Positions 18,629-29,386 of a stretch of 64,000 nucleotides of DNA are shown here, piece after piece; positions within the stretch are counted from its first letter, which is position 1; each line of letters opens with the position of its first letter. The position numbers and the translations under genes were made by a program. The stretch spans positions 96,001 to 160,000 of the forward strand of contig JANRKS010000034.1 in NCBI GenBank assembly GCA_033763315.1, written 5' to 3'. The notes below the pieces were generated by a model. The model saw only the letters and a program-made list of their open reading frames with translations, was not told the origin of the DNA and searched no databases. Origin of the DNA: Deltaproteobacteria bacterium (GTDB lineage: Bacteria; Myxococcota_A; Polyangia; Fen-1088).

Positions 18629-18748
18629 GGCTGGGAGTCACCTCGCCGTGCGTCGGCCCGCCATCACGCGCTTTTTACGGCACGCGTCTCACATCCATTG
18701 CAGGCTTCGCCGCCAAGCCTTACCCTTTTTGAGAAGCGATATCGCCTG

Positions 18749-19759
18749 ATGGAAAAACAAAAAACGACCATTTACGACATCGCCTACCGTGCCGGTGTTT
18801 CGCAAAGCACTGTGTCGCGGGTTTTAAGTGGCAACACCAAAGTTAGCGACGACAAGAAGGCCGCTGTGCTTGCCGCCGTCGAGGCGCTGGGCTACCGGCC
18901 CAATTTGTTTGCGCAGCGTTTGGCGTCGGGGGGCTCTTCCACCATCGGCATTTTGGCCACCAACACAGAAACGCCGTTTTTCACGCAGGTGATCCGCGGC
19001 ATTCAGGAAACGCTCGCGCCTTCACCTTATTTGCCACTCATCGTCAGCGTTCAGGGCTTCGGCGATCTCACCCGCGCCGTGGAGCTTCTGCGCGCCAGCT
19101 ACGTGGGCGGCGTGTGCGTTGTGGGGCAACCGCTTTCACCGGAACTGCTCGATGATCTGCAGCAGGATATTCCCGTATTCGCCGTGTGTCCTGATACACC
19201 GGGGCTTGAAGCGCAGTGCCTATTGGTTGATAACGAGGGCGGCGGGTACCGCGCAACGAAGCACCTTTTAGACCTCGGCCACCGCAAGATTGCGCACGTT
19301 TCGGGTCCTCCAAACCACGGCCACGCCATTGCTCGCCTCAAAGGCTATCGGCAGGCCATCGAGGAAGCGGGCATTGCTTTTGACGACAGCCTCGTGGCCT
19401 ACGGCACGTTTGTTGAGCAATCCGGAATCGACGCGTGCAATGAACTGCTGGCCCGCAAGCGTGATTTCACCGCCTTGTTCGCAGCCAACGACTGCATGGC
19501 ATTTGGGGCACAGGTGGCATTGTTTCGCCAAGGCTTGATGGTGCCCCAACATGTATCCCTTGTGGGCTTCGACGACACCCCCCAGGCGCAGTTCCGCACG
19601 CCTCCCCTAACCACCGTTCGCCAGCCCGCTGTGGAGATGGGCGCCGCCGTGGCTCGCCAAGTTTTGGCTGCATTAAGCGACGACGCTGAACCTCAGCAAA
19701 CGCCGTTCGATACGCCTTTGATCGTGCGCGAATCCACAGCGCCGTTACGGGCGGGATGA
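18749..19759 (+). CDS. LacI family transcriptional regulator
   Basis: TIYDIAYRAGVSQSTVSRVL HTH, YRPN, ATKHLLDLGHRKIA, LFAAND, SLVGFDD, LTTVRQP. Confidence 0.95.
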   Translation: MEKQKTTIYDIAYRAGVSQSTVSRVLSGNTKVSDDKKAAVLAAVEALGYRPNLFAQRLASGGSSTIGILATNTETPFFTQVIRGIQETLAPSPYLPLIVSVQGFGDLTRAVELLRASYVGGVCVVGQPLSPELLDDLQQDIPVFAVCPDTPGLEAQCLLVDNEGGGYRATKHLLDLGHRKIAHVSGPPNHGHAIARLKGYRQAIEEAGIAFDDSLVAYGTFVEQSGIDACNELLARKRDFTALFAANDCMAFGAQVALFRQGLMVPQHVSLVGFDDTPQAQFRTPPLTTVRQPAVEMGAAVARQVLAALSDDAEPQQTPFDTPLIVRESTAPLRAG

Positions 19760-19760
19760 A

Positions 19761-21095
19761 ATGAAAGTTGCCGCTGCGCTTGCTTGCGCTTTGGCATCTT
19801 TGCTGTCGGCGCACGCGTGGGCCGCGCCTTTGACTTGTGCCACCACACGCAATGGCGCGTGCATGGTGGCCGATACATTTTCGCTTGAGTTTGATGGCGC
19901 CGGGCAACCGTTGGCCGTGATGAACTTTGGTTTGTTCAGCGCCGTGGGCAACGACCGCTATCAGGCCGTGTGCGAAGAAGCTTTTGGAGGCAGCACGCCT
20001 GACAAGTTGACGATCGCCAGTGGGCGCGTGGTGGTGCCCGGGCGCGAAGGTCTGTACGTGAGCCAGGATGCAAGCTTGTGTGCTTGGTCGTTGGCCAAAG
20101 GTCTGCCGCCTGCCACGTACGTCCAGCAAGCCGTGACCGATCCCGTTGTGCCGTCACGTGTGTGGGCCTTGGTCGGTGCGGGCGATACGCGCGGCCTTTA
20201 TGTTTCAGAGGATCAAGGCGGCTCGTTTACGCTTCGGCACGCATTTGCGCGTGGTGAGGTTTGGTGGCGGTTATTCGTGTTGCCCACCACGCCGCGGAAG
20301 ATCTATGTGGCGGGGCCGGGGCTTGTGGGGCCAGCGGCGCTTTCAATCTCGCTTGATGACGGACAAACTTTCAGCGCTCGCGATCCCGTGCCTGATCTCG
20401 CTGATCCGTTGCGCACGCCCACGCTCTTGGACGTTTCAGCTGAAGCGCCCAACCGTTTGTTTTTCGCCCGCGATACGGCTGCGGGCACGGATGAATTGTG
20501 GTTGTCGGACGACGATGGCGTTTCCGTGAAGCGCGTGGCGGAACTGCCCGCGGGGCACTTTCTGGGCGGGTTTACGTTTGGCGCCACCCAACAGACAGTT
20601 TACGTAGGCACACGGGCCCCGCTGTTTACGGGCAAGGCCACCGACGCTGCCTTGCTGGTGTCGCAAGATGGCGGCCGCACGTGGGCCGCCCCCGTGTTTT
20701 CGCCACAAGACGGCCCGCGGTTTCGCTGCCTGAAATATCGGGAGGGCACACTTTACGCGTGTGGCGGCGGCATTGATGGTGGTGATGCGGCCTACGTCAT
20801 GCAGTCCACCAACGGATTGGCGTGGGCTCCCACGATCACGATGGCGCAAGTGCAAGCGCCGCCCGCGTGCATCCGCTCGCTGTGCTTATCGACCGCTGCC
20901 TGGTTATGCACCGCCTATGGTGTTTGTGCGCCCCCGCAGCTTGACGCTGGCGCAAATGATGCGGGTGCAACGGCATCTGACGACGGCGGCTGTTCATGCG
21001 CCTTGGCAAGACGTGCGCCGCAGCCACCGTGGATCGTGCTGGTGGCTGGGCTTGTGCTTTACCGCCGCGGCAGAATTCGTCGTAGGCTGCGTTGA
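19761..21095 (+). CDS. Secreted BNR/Asp-box beta-propeller protein with MYXO-CTERM sorting tail
   Basis: Signal peptide; Asp-boxes SEDQGGSF, SLDDGQTF, SDDDGVS, SQDGGRTW; C-term GGCSC-hydrophobic-RRR. Confidence 0.82.
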   Translation: MKVAAALACALASLLSAHAWAAPLTCATTRNGACMVADTFSLEFDGAGQPLAVMNFGLFSAVGNDRYQAVCEEAFGGSTPDKLTIASGRVVVPGREGLYVSQDASLCAWSLAKGLPPATYVQQAVTDPVVPSRVWALVGAGDTRGLYVSEDQGGSFTLRHAFARGEVWWRLFVLPTTPRKIYVAGPGLVGPAALSISLDDGQTFSARDPVPDLADPLRTPTLLDVSAEAPNRLFFARDTAAGTDELWLSDDDGVSVKRVAELPAGHFLGGFTFGATQQTVYVGTRAPLFTGKATDAALLVSQDGGRTWAAPVFSPQDGPRFRCLKYREGTLYACGGGIDGGDAAYVMQSTNGLAWAPTITMAQVQAPPACIRSLCLSTAAWLCTAYGVCAPPQLDAGANDAGATASDDGGCSCALARRAPQPPWIVLVAGLVLYRRGRIRRRLR

Positions 21096-21964
21096 TGAGC
21101 TTGGACCAAAAGTCGCCGCCGGTGCGGCTGGCGTATTCGGTGGACGCGGACGACGCTTTCATGTTTGCGGCGTTGGCCACGGGGGCGATTGACCTTGAGG
21201 GCTTGCGGTTTGATCACCTGCGTGCGGATACGGCGTCGCTCAACGACCTGGCCGTGAACGAAGGCGCCGATGTGGTGGCCGTTTCCTTGGGCGTCTATCC
21301 CAAGCTGGCGGACCGTTATCTATTGTTACCCCACGGAGCCAGTGTGGGCCGGGGCTTCGGGCCTGTTGTGGTGGCGAAGCGGCCCATGACCGTGGCCCAA
21401 CTCAAAGGTTTGCGCGTGGGCATTCCGGGGTCCTCCACAACCGCGTTTTTGGTGCTGCGCTTGATCCAACCCGACATCGTGCCCGTGCTCGTGCCGATTT
21501 CACCGTTTTCGCGCGCGTTTTCGGCACTTGAGGACGGCTCGGTCGATGCCGTTTTGTTGATTCACGAAGGCCGCTTGCTCTATGAGCAGCGTGGTTATCA
21601 CAAAGTGGTCGAACTTGGCGAATGGTGGCACGCCGAAACCAGCTTGCCGCTGCCGTTGGGTGTGAACGTGATTCGCAAAGCGTTGGGTGCGGCGAAGGTG
21701 GCGCTGGTGTCGCGCGTGTTGGGCAACGCCATTGCCTGGGCGCTAAGCAACCGGGACGCCCTCATCGCCGCCATCGCCAAGGAGGATCGCGGGGATAAGG
21801 CTTTGACCGATGCGAAGCTCTTGGACCGGTACTTGGGCATGTACGCCAACGAGGACACCCGCCACATGGCACCCGACGTCCGCAAAGCGATCGACGTTCT
21901 GTTTGGGCGCGCGCGGGCGGCCGGGTTGTTCGTTGGCAATGTAGCTGTTGATTGGGCGCCCTAG
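21095..21964 (+). CDS. mqnD: 1,4-dihydroxy-6-naphthoate synthase (futalosine menaquinone pathway)
   Basis: YSVDADDAFMFAAL, GASVGRGFGP, IPG..TTA, LIHEG.L, LGEWW..T.LPLPLG, MYANE. Confidence 0.85.
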   Translation: MSLDQKSPPVRLAYSVDADDAFMFAALATGAIDLEGLRFDHLRADTASLNDLAVNEGADVVAVSLGVYPKLADRYLLLPHGASVGRGFGPVVVAKRPMTVAQLKGLRVGIPGSSTTAFLVLRLIQPDIVPVLVPISPFSRAFSALEDGSVDAVLLIHEGRLLYEQRGYHKVVELGEWWHAETSLPLPLGVNVIRKALGAAKVALVSRVLGNAIAWALSNRDALIAAIAKEDRGDKALTDAKLLDRYLGMYANEDTRHMAPDVRKAIDVLFGRARAAGLFVGNVAVDWAP

Positions 21965-22062
21965 CGGCGGCATGTCTAAGCTGGTGTTTCTGAATTTCCC
22001 GCGCAGGTAATTGAATTTGTTTGGGGGCCGTGTCACCTTCCGCGTGAGTCGGCTCACTTAGA

Positions 22063-22512
22063 ATGAAAATCGTTCGTCGAAAGCTTTGGTCGCGGTTCTG
22101 GGGTTTGGTGGCGTTGGTGGCAGTTGTGTCTTGTGCCACCGCTTTGGCCTTGGCCTATGAGCCGAATGTGGTTCGCGGCGTGAAGGTGCTGGGGTCCTTC
22201 CTTGAGCGCATTCCCGTGGTTTACAAGGCACCGCGAAAGCCTGCGCCCGCCAAGCTTGCGCCTGTGGCTCCACCGCCCGTGCCCGCCGAACCAGTGCCTG
22301 CGCCTCAACTGGCAGAGGGGCCCGCTGAGGAGCCTGAGGAAACGCCAACGGAGGTTGTGCCGGCGGCCCCTGCCGTCGCGGCGCCTCCGGCTGTCGTCTC
22401 GCCCAAAGCCGCGGTTGACGAAGCCGAAAGCGAAGCCGAAGAGTGGGACGAAGCAGACGAGCTGCACTCGGGCGAAGACGAGATGCCTGGCTCGCCCGAT
22501 GAAGCGCCGTAG
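22063..22512 (+). CDS. Hypothetical exported/anchored protein with Pro- and Glu-rich tail
   Basis: N-terminal hydrophobic segment, P/A-rich middle, acidic C-terminus; start uncertain. Confidence 0.55.
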   Translation: MKIVRRKLWSRFWGLVALVAVVSCATALALAYEPNVVRGVKVLGSFLERIPVVYKAPRKPAPAKLAPVAPPPVPAEPVPAPQLAEGPAEEPEETPTEVVPAAPAVAAPPAVVSPKAAVDEAESEAEEWDEADELHSGEDEMPGSPDEAP

Positions 22513-22520
22513 CGCCACCG

Positions 22521-22916
22521 CTATTCGTCGTCCGGGTTGTATTTGATCTGCGTGTCGTCCGGCAGTTTCTTGATGGCAAGGATGCGCGTGGGGTTAGGCT
22601 CTTTCCAGAACACGCCAAAGGTGAATTCAATTTTTGAGCCCACGCCAATGCCGCTCACATCAAGTCCCTTGGACAAAGTAAACGGCATCGGCATCGCCAT
22701 CATCCCCACGGCCTTGCCCTCTTGATCCTTAAATTGCGGGATTGATTGGTGCAACACCACCACGGTCTTGCCGTTGCCTGGTTGCGCGATGGCCGGCCAC
22801 AGCTTCACCACGCCTTGCACCGTGTGGGTGGCCGAAGGTGGCTCGTCGGGCTTGTGGCAACCGGATAGGGGCGGCAGGGCGCACAGGGCGAGCAAGCTGA
22901 GGGCAAGGCGATTCAT
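22521..22916 (-). CDS. CusF-like copper-binding lipoprotein
   Basis: Lipobox LSGC, VQGVV, H.SIP..GMMAMPMPF, GSKIEFTF. Confidence 0.78.
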   Translation of the reverse strand: MNRLALSLLALCALPPLSGCHKPDEPPSATHTVQGVVKLWPAIAQPGNGKTVVVLHQSIPQFKDQEGKAVGMMAMPMPFTLSKGLDVSGIGVGSKIEFTFGVFWKEPNPTRILAIKKLPDDTQIKYNPDDE

Positions 22917-22960
22917 GCAAACAAACTAGCAGCCGGCAAGCCCCAAGCCCGGGTGGAAGC

Positions 22961-23443
22961 CTATTCGGTTTTGGCGCGTTTGCTGCCGGGGGGCGGCGGC
23001 ATCGGAGGTCTGGCTTCGGCGTCTTCGGCCGCGAACCTCACTTCGTCAAGCCCTTCGGCCAGGTCCACTTCATCAACCACTGAAATGATCATGTCTTTGT
23101 AGGAACTGTGCGGCAGCCCCAAAGCTTCGCCCAAACGGTGCACAAACTCGTCTTCCGCCAAATCGAATTCTTGGTCGGCCGCGTGAATGGCTGCCACCAA
23201 CTCAAGCAGATGGCGCTTCACCTCGGGCGGATCGTTGACGAAGACCGCCGCGGCTTTCTTGAGGTCAAATGTGCCGGCGGCAAACTCGTCGATGCGAAAG
23301 TCGAGATCCATCGGCAAGGTTTCGGCATCAAGCAGTTGCTTTAACAATTGCCGAACGGCGGCCCGTTCGTCGCCCGCCAAGTGCTGATCGGCATAGGCCG
23401 CCGCCATCAAAATGTCTGCCACGTGTTCGATTCGATCTTTCAC
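22961..23443 (-). CDS. TerB family (tellurite resistance-like) protein
   Basis: AAYADQHLAGDERAAV and IHAADQEFDLAEDEFV..LG repeats; GTG start inferred. Confidence 0.8.
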   Translation of the reverse strand: MKDRIEHVADILMAAAYADQHLAGDERAAVRQLLKQLLDAETLPMDLDFRIDEFAAGTFDLKKAAAVFVNDPPEVKRHLLELVAAIHAADQEFDLAEDEFVHRLGEALGLPHSSYKDMIISVVDEVDLAEGLDEVRFAAEDAEARPPMPPPPGSKRAKTE

Positions 23444-23564
23444 CGCACAACCATCCTCCGGCAACGGTGGGAACGTCAAGCCCCGGAACAAACTGGCGCC
23501 CTCTGCTGGCCGCGTTACACTTTAACAACGACGCCATATGCGGCGTCATAAAGGACCGGCTGCA

Positions 23565-24602
23565 GTGAAGGCGTTGGTAAAGGCGAAAGCAGAACCGGGG
23601 CTGTGGTTACAGGACGTTCCCATGCCCACTTTGGGCATTGATGATGTGCTGATCAAGGTCATGCGCACAGGCATCTGCGGCACCGATCTGCACATCTTCA
23701 AGTGGGACGACTGGGCGGCGGCGCACGTGCCCACGCCCTTGGTGATCGGCCACGAGTTTGTGGGGCAAATCGTTGAGGTCGGCTCAAACGTGAAGGGCTT
23801 TCACGTGGGCGATGTGGTCAGCGGCGAAGGGCACGTGGTGTGTGGGCAATGCCGCAACTGCATGGCCGGGCGCCGCCATTTGTGCGACAAGACGCAAGGG
23901 GTGGGCGTGAACCGCCCGGGCGCGTTTGCCGAATTCATCGCCTTGCCACAGACCAACGTGTGGTGCCACGCGCCTGGATTGGACAAAGACGTGATGTCGA
24001 TCTTCGATCCGTTTGGCAACGCCGTTCACACGGCGCTATGCCACGACGTGGTCGGCGAAGACGTACTCATTACAGGTGCGGGGCCCATTGGGCTCATGGC
24101 CTCGGCCGTGGTGAGGCACGCGGGCGCGCGCCACGTTGTGGTCACCGATGTGAACCCCGATCGTTTGGCGTTGGCAAAACGCATGGGCGCCACGCTGGCG
24201 TTGAACGTCAGCACCAACACCTTGGCCCAGGCGCGCGCGCAGCTGGGCATGCGCGAAGGCTTTGACGTGGGCCTGGAGATGAGCGGTAGCCCGCAGGCGT
24301 TTGGCGATATGATCGCCAACATGTGTCACGGTGGCCGCATCGCGATGCTTGGTCTGCCGAGCAAGCCGTTCGCGATCGACTGGAGTTTGGTGATCTCCAA
24401 CATGCTCACCATTAAGGGCATCTACGGCCGGCAGATGTATGAGACTTGGTACAAGATGACCGTGCTTCTGCAGGGCGGTTTGGACATTTCCCCCGTCATC
24501 ACCCACCGCTTTGCGTACACGGATTTTGAAAAAGGTTTTGAGGCGATGGCGGCAGGCGATTGCGGTAAAGTGATTTTGAAATGGGCCAGCTTCTCGGCGT
24601 GA
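23565..24602 (+). CDS. tdh: L-threonine 3-dehydrogenase
   Basis: [59 protein letters not shown]. Confidence 0.97.
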   Translation: MKALVKAKAEPGLWLQDVPMPTLGIDDVLIKVMRTGICGTDLHIFKWDDWAAAHVPTPLVIGHEFVGQIVEVGSNVKGFHVGDVVSGEGHVVCGQCRNCMAGRRHLCDKTQGVGVNRPGAFAEFIALPQTNVWCHAPGLDKDVMSIFDPFGNAVHTALCHDVVGEDVLITGAGPIGLMASAVVRHAGARHVVVTDVNPDRLALAKRMGATLALNVSTNTLAQARAQLGMREGFDVGLEMSGSPQAFGDMIANMCHGGRIAMLGLPSKPFAIDWSLVISNMLTIKGIYGRQMYETWYKMTVLLQGGLDISPVITHRFAYTDFEKGFEAMAAGDCGKVILKWASFSA

Positions 24603-24638
24603 GGGGCGTATGAAAGACGGCCTGCGAGGCGGTGTCAC

Positions 24639-25826
24639 ATGATGAGCGGCATGTTGCAACACGTGGAAGCGGAACTGGCGGGCATCACTGCTGCGGGCCT
24701 GTGGAAAAGTGAACGCACGATCGTGACCCCGCAGGGCCCACACGTGCAAGTGAGCGAAGCGCCCGGGCGGCGCGTGGTGAATTTGTGCGCCAACAATTAT
24801 TTAGGCCTTTCAGATCACCCCCAAGTGCTAGCGGCCGCGCGTGAGGCGATCGACCGCTGGGGTTACGGCATGTCGTCGGTGCGCTTCATCTGTGGCACGC
24901 AGGGCATTCACAAAGAGCTTGAACAGAAACTTTCTGCCTTCTTGGGCATGGAAGACACAATTTTGTATTCCTCGTGCTTCGACGCCAACGGCGGCCTGTT
25001 TGAAACGCTGCTGGGGCCCGAAGACGCCGTCATCAGCGACGCCTTGAACCACGCGAGCATCATTGATGGCATTCGATTGTGCAAAGCGCAGCGCTTTCGT
25101 TATGCCAATAACGATATGGCCGATCTTGAGACGCAGCTCCAGAAGGCGGCAGGCGCACGCTTTCGCTTGATTGCCACCGATGGCGTGTTTTCGATGGATG
25201 GAACGATCGCGAACTTGCAGGCGATCTGCGATTTTGCGGAACGCTACGACGCGATGGTGATGGTGGATGATTCCCACGCCACGGGGTTCATGGGCCGCAC
25301 GGGGCGTGGCACGCCTGAATTTTGTGGCGTGATGGGCCGCGTAGACATCATCACCAGCACGCTTGGTAAAGCGTTGGGCGGGGCGGCTGGTGGTTTTGTC
25401 AGCGCGAATGCCAAGGTGGTTGCGCTGTTGCGGCAGCGGTCGCGGCCTTATCTGTTTTCGAACGCGCTGTCGCCCATCATCACAGCGGCGTCGGTTGCGG
25501 TGGTGGATATGCTGTCGCAAACGACCGCCCTGCGCGATAAGTTGGCCAGCAACACGAAGTTATTTCGCGAAGGCCTGTCAACGTTGGGGTTCAATGTAGT
25601 TCCGGGCGAACACCCCATCGTGCCGCTCATGCTGGGGGAGGCCAAGGTGGCGCAGCAGATGGCGGCACTGCTCCTGGAGCGGGGCGTTTATGTGGTGGGC
25701 TTCTTCTATCCTGTGGTGCCGCAAGGCAAAGCGCGCATCCGCGTGCAAGTCTCGGCGGCCCACGAAGAAGCCGATCTGCGTTTCGCCTTGGAACAAATGG
25801 CTGCTGTGAAGAGCGCAATGGCGTGA
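24639..25826 (+). CDS. kbl: Glycine C-acetyltransferase (2-amino-3-ketobutyrate CoA ligase)
   Basis: [53 protein letters not shown]; follows tdh. Confidence 0.97.
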   Translation: MMSGMLQHVEAELAGITAAGLWKSERTIVTPQGPHVQVSEAPGRRVVNLCANNYLGLSDHPQVLAAAREAIDRWGYGMSSVRFICGTQGIHKELEQKLSAFLGMEDTILYSSCFDANGGLFETLLGPEDAVISDALNHASIIDGIRLCKAQRFRYANNDMADLETQLQKAAGARFRLIATDGVFSMDGTIANLQAICDFAERYDAMVMVDDSHATGFMGRTGRGTPEFCGVMGRVDIITSTLGKALGGAAGGFVSANAKVVALLRQRSRPYLFSNALSPIITAASVAVVDMLSQTTALRDKLASNTKLFREGLSTLGFNVVPGEHPIVPLMLGEAKVAQQMAALLLERGVYVVGFFYPVVPQGKARIRVQVSAAHEEADLRFALEQMAAVKSAMA

Positions 25827-28066
25827 GTGACCCAGGCGCGCGCAAGTTGTGGCCTGCGTGGCTCGTGCCGGGGATGCTCTTCGGCGCTTTGGCGCTGCTG
25901 TTGCTCTTGCACGTGCGCCACTTTGCCACCTTTCTTTCAGACGATGCCTTGATCTCACTTCGCTACGCCCGTCGCTTGGTGCAAGGGCAGGGGCTCACGT
26001 GGACCGGCAATGAACGCGTTGAAGGATACACCGACCTTCTGTGGGTGCTGTTGACAGCCATCGGTGGTTTGCTGCACTCAAGTTACATCGGGTTTGCGCG
26101 CTTTCTTGATCACGTGGGTGTGTTCTCTGCGCTTGCGATCATAGGTCTTTCGCCGCGCACAGGACGATGGTCAGCCTGGCGTTTCGTGGGCGGCGGCATC
26201 TTGTGGGTGGCAAGTGCGCCCGTGGCCGTGTGGGCCAACGGTGGTCTTGAGCATGGGTTCATGACGGGCGTCCTGGCTTTGTTGATTTATCGTCTCGCGC
26301 GCGATCAAAACGAACAACTCGATATACCAGCGGCTGTGGCGGCGGCGGCGTTGGTGCTGCTGCGGGCCGACGGGGTTGTGCTTGTGGCCTGCGCCTTCGT
26401 GGGGGCCTTCCTTGCGCGGCAGATGCAACGCCAGCCAAGCGTGAAGCGTTTGGCGCGAACGCTGGCGTTGGCTGTGGTGGTGTTCGTAGCGCAGATGTTG
26501 TTTCGCCGTGGATATTACGGCGCTTGGCAACCGAACACGGCGCTGGCCAAGCTGGCGTTCAACCAGCAGAGAGTGCTCTTGGGGCTCACGCATGTCTGGC
26601 AGGGCTACCAAGGCTTGGCGATCTTGGTGGCCGCGGCCATTGCAGGCACCGTATGGCTGGTTCACCGCAACCGCACTCATGTGGTGGTGATGCCGTGGCT
26701 TGTTGTGCTGGGCTGGAGCGGTTATCTGGTGGCCGTGGGCGGCGACATTTTTCCAGGATGGCGGCAGCTATTATTCGTGTTGGTTCCGCTGTCGCTGCTG
26801 GTGGCGGAGGTGGCCGAATCTGTGGCCGCAGAACAAGCCACGCGAGTGGCGTTGACCTCCGCAGGGCTTGGGATCGTGCACTGGCAATGTCAGACCACAG
26901 ACGCTGAAAACCAGCGAGCCAAGGCGGAAGTGTGGGAATGGGATGGCGTGGGTGTGGGACGCGATCTGAAGGCGGCCTTCGGTGCGCAGGCGCCTTTGCT
27001 GGCTGTGGATGCGGCAGGGGCTTTGCCGTATTTTTCGGAACTGCCCAGCCTCGACATGTTGGGCCTTATTGACGCCTACATCGCTTCGCATCCGCCGCCT
27101 TCGTTTGGCCACGGTGGCATTGGGCACGAGCTTGGGGATGGTGATTATGTGTTTCGCCGAGAGCCCGACATCATCGCGTTCAACAGCGCCGCTGGACAAC
27201 GCCAACCACGATTTCTCTCGGGCGTGCAGCTGTTGCGAAACCCTGCGTTTCACGAACGCTACCAATGGATTCGTATGCAGTCCTTCAGTGTGGATCACCC
27301 TGTGCTGGCCGAGCTGTGGCTGCGTCATGATGGCGGCAAATTGGGGGTGCTCCGCGGCCACAATGACATCCGCATTCCGGGGTACTTTTTGGCGGGCGAT
27401 GCATCGGCCGCCGTGGCGCGCGTGATCAAAGGACAGGGCCTCGTCACGGAAATCACGGACGCGCGCCCCGGCGTCGCACGCGTGAAGGTGCCCGCCGGGC
27501 GTTGGCAAGCCAATACAAACGTGGCCAACGCAGCATTGGGGTTGCTGTGCGATGGCTTATCGATGGGCGGTGGCACGGGCGCTGTGTTTGAACTGCAGGA
27601 GCCTCGCGAAGTGCAAATCAGCGTCGCGCCGGCGGCGTCTGCGGCGTTTGTGTCGCAGTTAACGTTGTCCCGCACCACGGCGGGGCCTCCGCATGTATGC
27701 GTGTCGCGAGATCGTCAGGTCGTGGTGGCTTCGGCCGCATTGGCCGCCGCGAAGCCTGAAGGCTTTGCATGGAACCACCCAAGCAACGTGCTGGTTGGCA
27801 GCGCCGGTTTGGTCACAAACGTGGACACCGCCGCCACCGTCACGCGCTTAGAAATGAGCACCGACAACAACGATGCTTATGCCGTCGAGATCCGGCGTGG
27901 CGAGGCCGCGCTGTGGACAGGTCAGGCCACCCCTGTGGTTGGCAATGGCCTTCACGTGCACGTGTTGCCTTTGCCTATGATCGCTGTGCAACCCGGAGAC
28001 GAAATCCGAATCGTGCCACGCGGTGGCGACGGCCATTACAGTGTTGGCCACGTCATTTTGAACTAG
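25823..28066 (+). CDS. GT-C-fold (AftB-like) membrane glycosyltransferase with C-terminal extracytoplasmic domain
   Basis: [59 protein letters not shown]; many TM segments. Confidence 0.72.
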   Translation: MSDPGARKLWPAWLVPGMLFGALALLLLLHVRHFATFLSDDALISLRYARRLVQGQGLTWTGNERVEGYTDLLWVLLTAIGGLLHSSYIGFARFLDHVGVFSALAIIGLSPRTGRWSAWRFVGGGILWVASAPVAVWANGGLEHGFMTGVLALLIYRLARDQNEQLDIPAAVAAAALVLLRADGVVLVACAFVGAFLARQMQRQPSVKRLARTLALAVVVFVAQMLFRRGYYGAWQPNTALAKLAFNQQRVLLGLTHVWQGYQGLAILVAAAIAGTVWLVHRNRTHVVVMPWLVVLGWSGYLVAVGGDIFPGWRQLLFVLVPLSLLVAEVAESVAAEQATRVALTSAGLGIVHWQCQTTDAENQRAKAEVWEWDGVGVGRDLKAAFGAQAPLLAVDAAGALPYFSELPSLDMLGLIDAYIASHPPPSFGHGGIGHELGDGDYVFRREPDIIAFNSAAGQRQPRFLSGVQLLRNPAFHERYQWIRMQSFSVDHPVLAELWLRHDGGKLGVLRGHNDIRIPGYFLAGDASAAVARVIKGQGLVTEITDARPGVARVKVPAGRWQANTNVANAALGLLCDGLSMGGGTGAVFELQEPREVQISVAPAASAAFVSQLTLSRTTAGPPHVCVSRDRQVVVASAALAAAKPEGFAWNHPSNVLVGSAGLVTNVDTAATVTRLEMSTDNNDAYAVEIRRGEAALWTGQATPVVGNGLHVHVLPLPMIAVQPGDEIRIVPRGGDGHYSVGHVILN

Positions 28067-29325
28067 AGCGCGTCCAACGCGGCCAGGAAGTCCGACGCCA
28101 GATCGCGGAAGTCTTCCACGCCAATCGATACGCGCACGAGATCGTCCGTGACACCTGAGCTTGCTAGTTCCTCGGCGCTCATCTCGGAATGGGTGGTGGT
28201 GGCAGGATGGCATGCCAACGTTTCCACGCTGCCCAGGCTGACGGCGTTGTGGCCAATCTTGAGTCGGCGCAGAAAATCAAACGCGCCACGTTTACCGCCC
28301 GCGAGCCGCAAAGAAAACACGGAGCCGGGGCTCTTGCATTGCGAGTCAAAGATGCGCTTTTGTTCGGCGTCCTCGAACAGGGACGGATAATAAAGTTTTA
28401 CGACCTTGGGGTGTTTGGCCAAGGCCGCCACAACCTTCTCAGCGTTCTTCGCTTGCCTCGACATGCGCAATTCCACTGTGGGTAGGCGGCTGTCGAGCAT
28501 CCAGCATTCATCGGGTTGCAAGATGTTGCCCAAGATGGCGCGCGTGCCACGCAGGCTGTCCAACAGATCCGGATCGCGCCCCAACACCACGCCGCCCAAC
28601 ATGTCGCTGTGGCCGGCAAGAAACTTCGTGGCGGAGTAGATCGCCAGATCAGCCTTCATTTGCAGGGGGTGCTGAAACGCAGGGCCCATGAAAGTATTAT
28701 CCACCGCCACAAGCGGCCGGAGCTTTCCCCGCTGTGCATGCGCAAACGCGGCTTTCGCTGCGGCTTCTATGTCGGTCATCACCAACGTTGGGTTGGCGGG
28801 GGTCTCAATCAGTACCAACCGCAGGTTCTCGGCGCCAGCGATGGCCCTGGTCATCGCTTCCGTATTGCCTGCTGGCACGGGGATGCCCACCAAGCCCAGT
28901 GGCTCAAGCATTTGATGAATCAAATGTTGTGTGCCGCCATAGATGGGCGTGGTGTAGATGAACTGGCTGCCGGGGGGACAGAACGTGAGAAACACCGTTG
29001 AGATGGCCGCCATGCCTGAGTTGAAAACAGCGGCCGAGGAGGCGCCGGGCTCAAGCGGTGTGACCTGGTTCTCTAGAATCTCCGCGTTCGGGTGCGAAAG
29101 CCGTGAGTAGATCAGATCAACGTTTTCGCCTTCAGCAGGCTTTGACCGACCAAGGGCGATCGCGAACGCACGTTCGGCCGCTTCAGGGCTTGAGAAAACG
29201 TAGGTGCTGGAGCGGAAAACGGCGGGGCGTGCCGAGCCCACGGAAAGGCGTGGATCAAACCCGCGGGTCAACACCGCTGTGGGGGGGCGAACGAAGTAGG
29301 GCGTCTTGCTTCGGCCAGTGGTCAT
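28063..29325 (-). CDS. Trans-sulfuration PLP enzyme (methionine gamma-lyase / cystathionine gamma-synthase family)
   Basis: YSRL.HPN, SGMAAI, YGGT, ETPANPTL, VDNTF, SATKFLAGHSD, VSLG, RVSIGVED. Confidence 0.92.
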   Translation of the reverse strand: MTTGRSKTPYFVRPPTAVLTRGFDPRLSVGSARPAVFRSSTYVFSSPEAAERAFAIALGRSKPAEGENVDLIYSRLSHPNAEILENQVTPLEPGASSAAVFNSGMAAISTVFLTFCPPGSQFIYTTPIYGGTQHLIHQMLEPLGLVGIPVPAGNTEAMTRAIAGAENLRLVLIETPANPTLVMTDIEAAAKAAFAHAQRGKLRPLVAVDNTFMGPAFQHPLQMKADLAIYSATKFLAGHSDMLGGVVLGRDPDLLDSLRGTRAILGNILQPDECWMLDSRLPTVELRMSRQAKNAEKVVAALAKHPKVVKLYYPSLFEDAEQKRIFDSQCKSPGSVFSLRLAGGKRGAFDFLRRLKIGHNAVSLGSVETLACHPATTTHSEMSAEELASSGVTDDLVRVSIGVEDFRDLASDFLAALDAL

Positions 29326-29386
29326 GTTGGCTCCCTTCACTTTCAGCGTGAGGCCGCACCGACCGATGCGCAAGAAAAGCTCGCGC

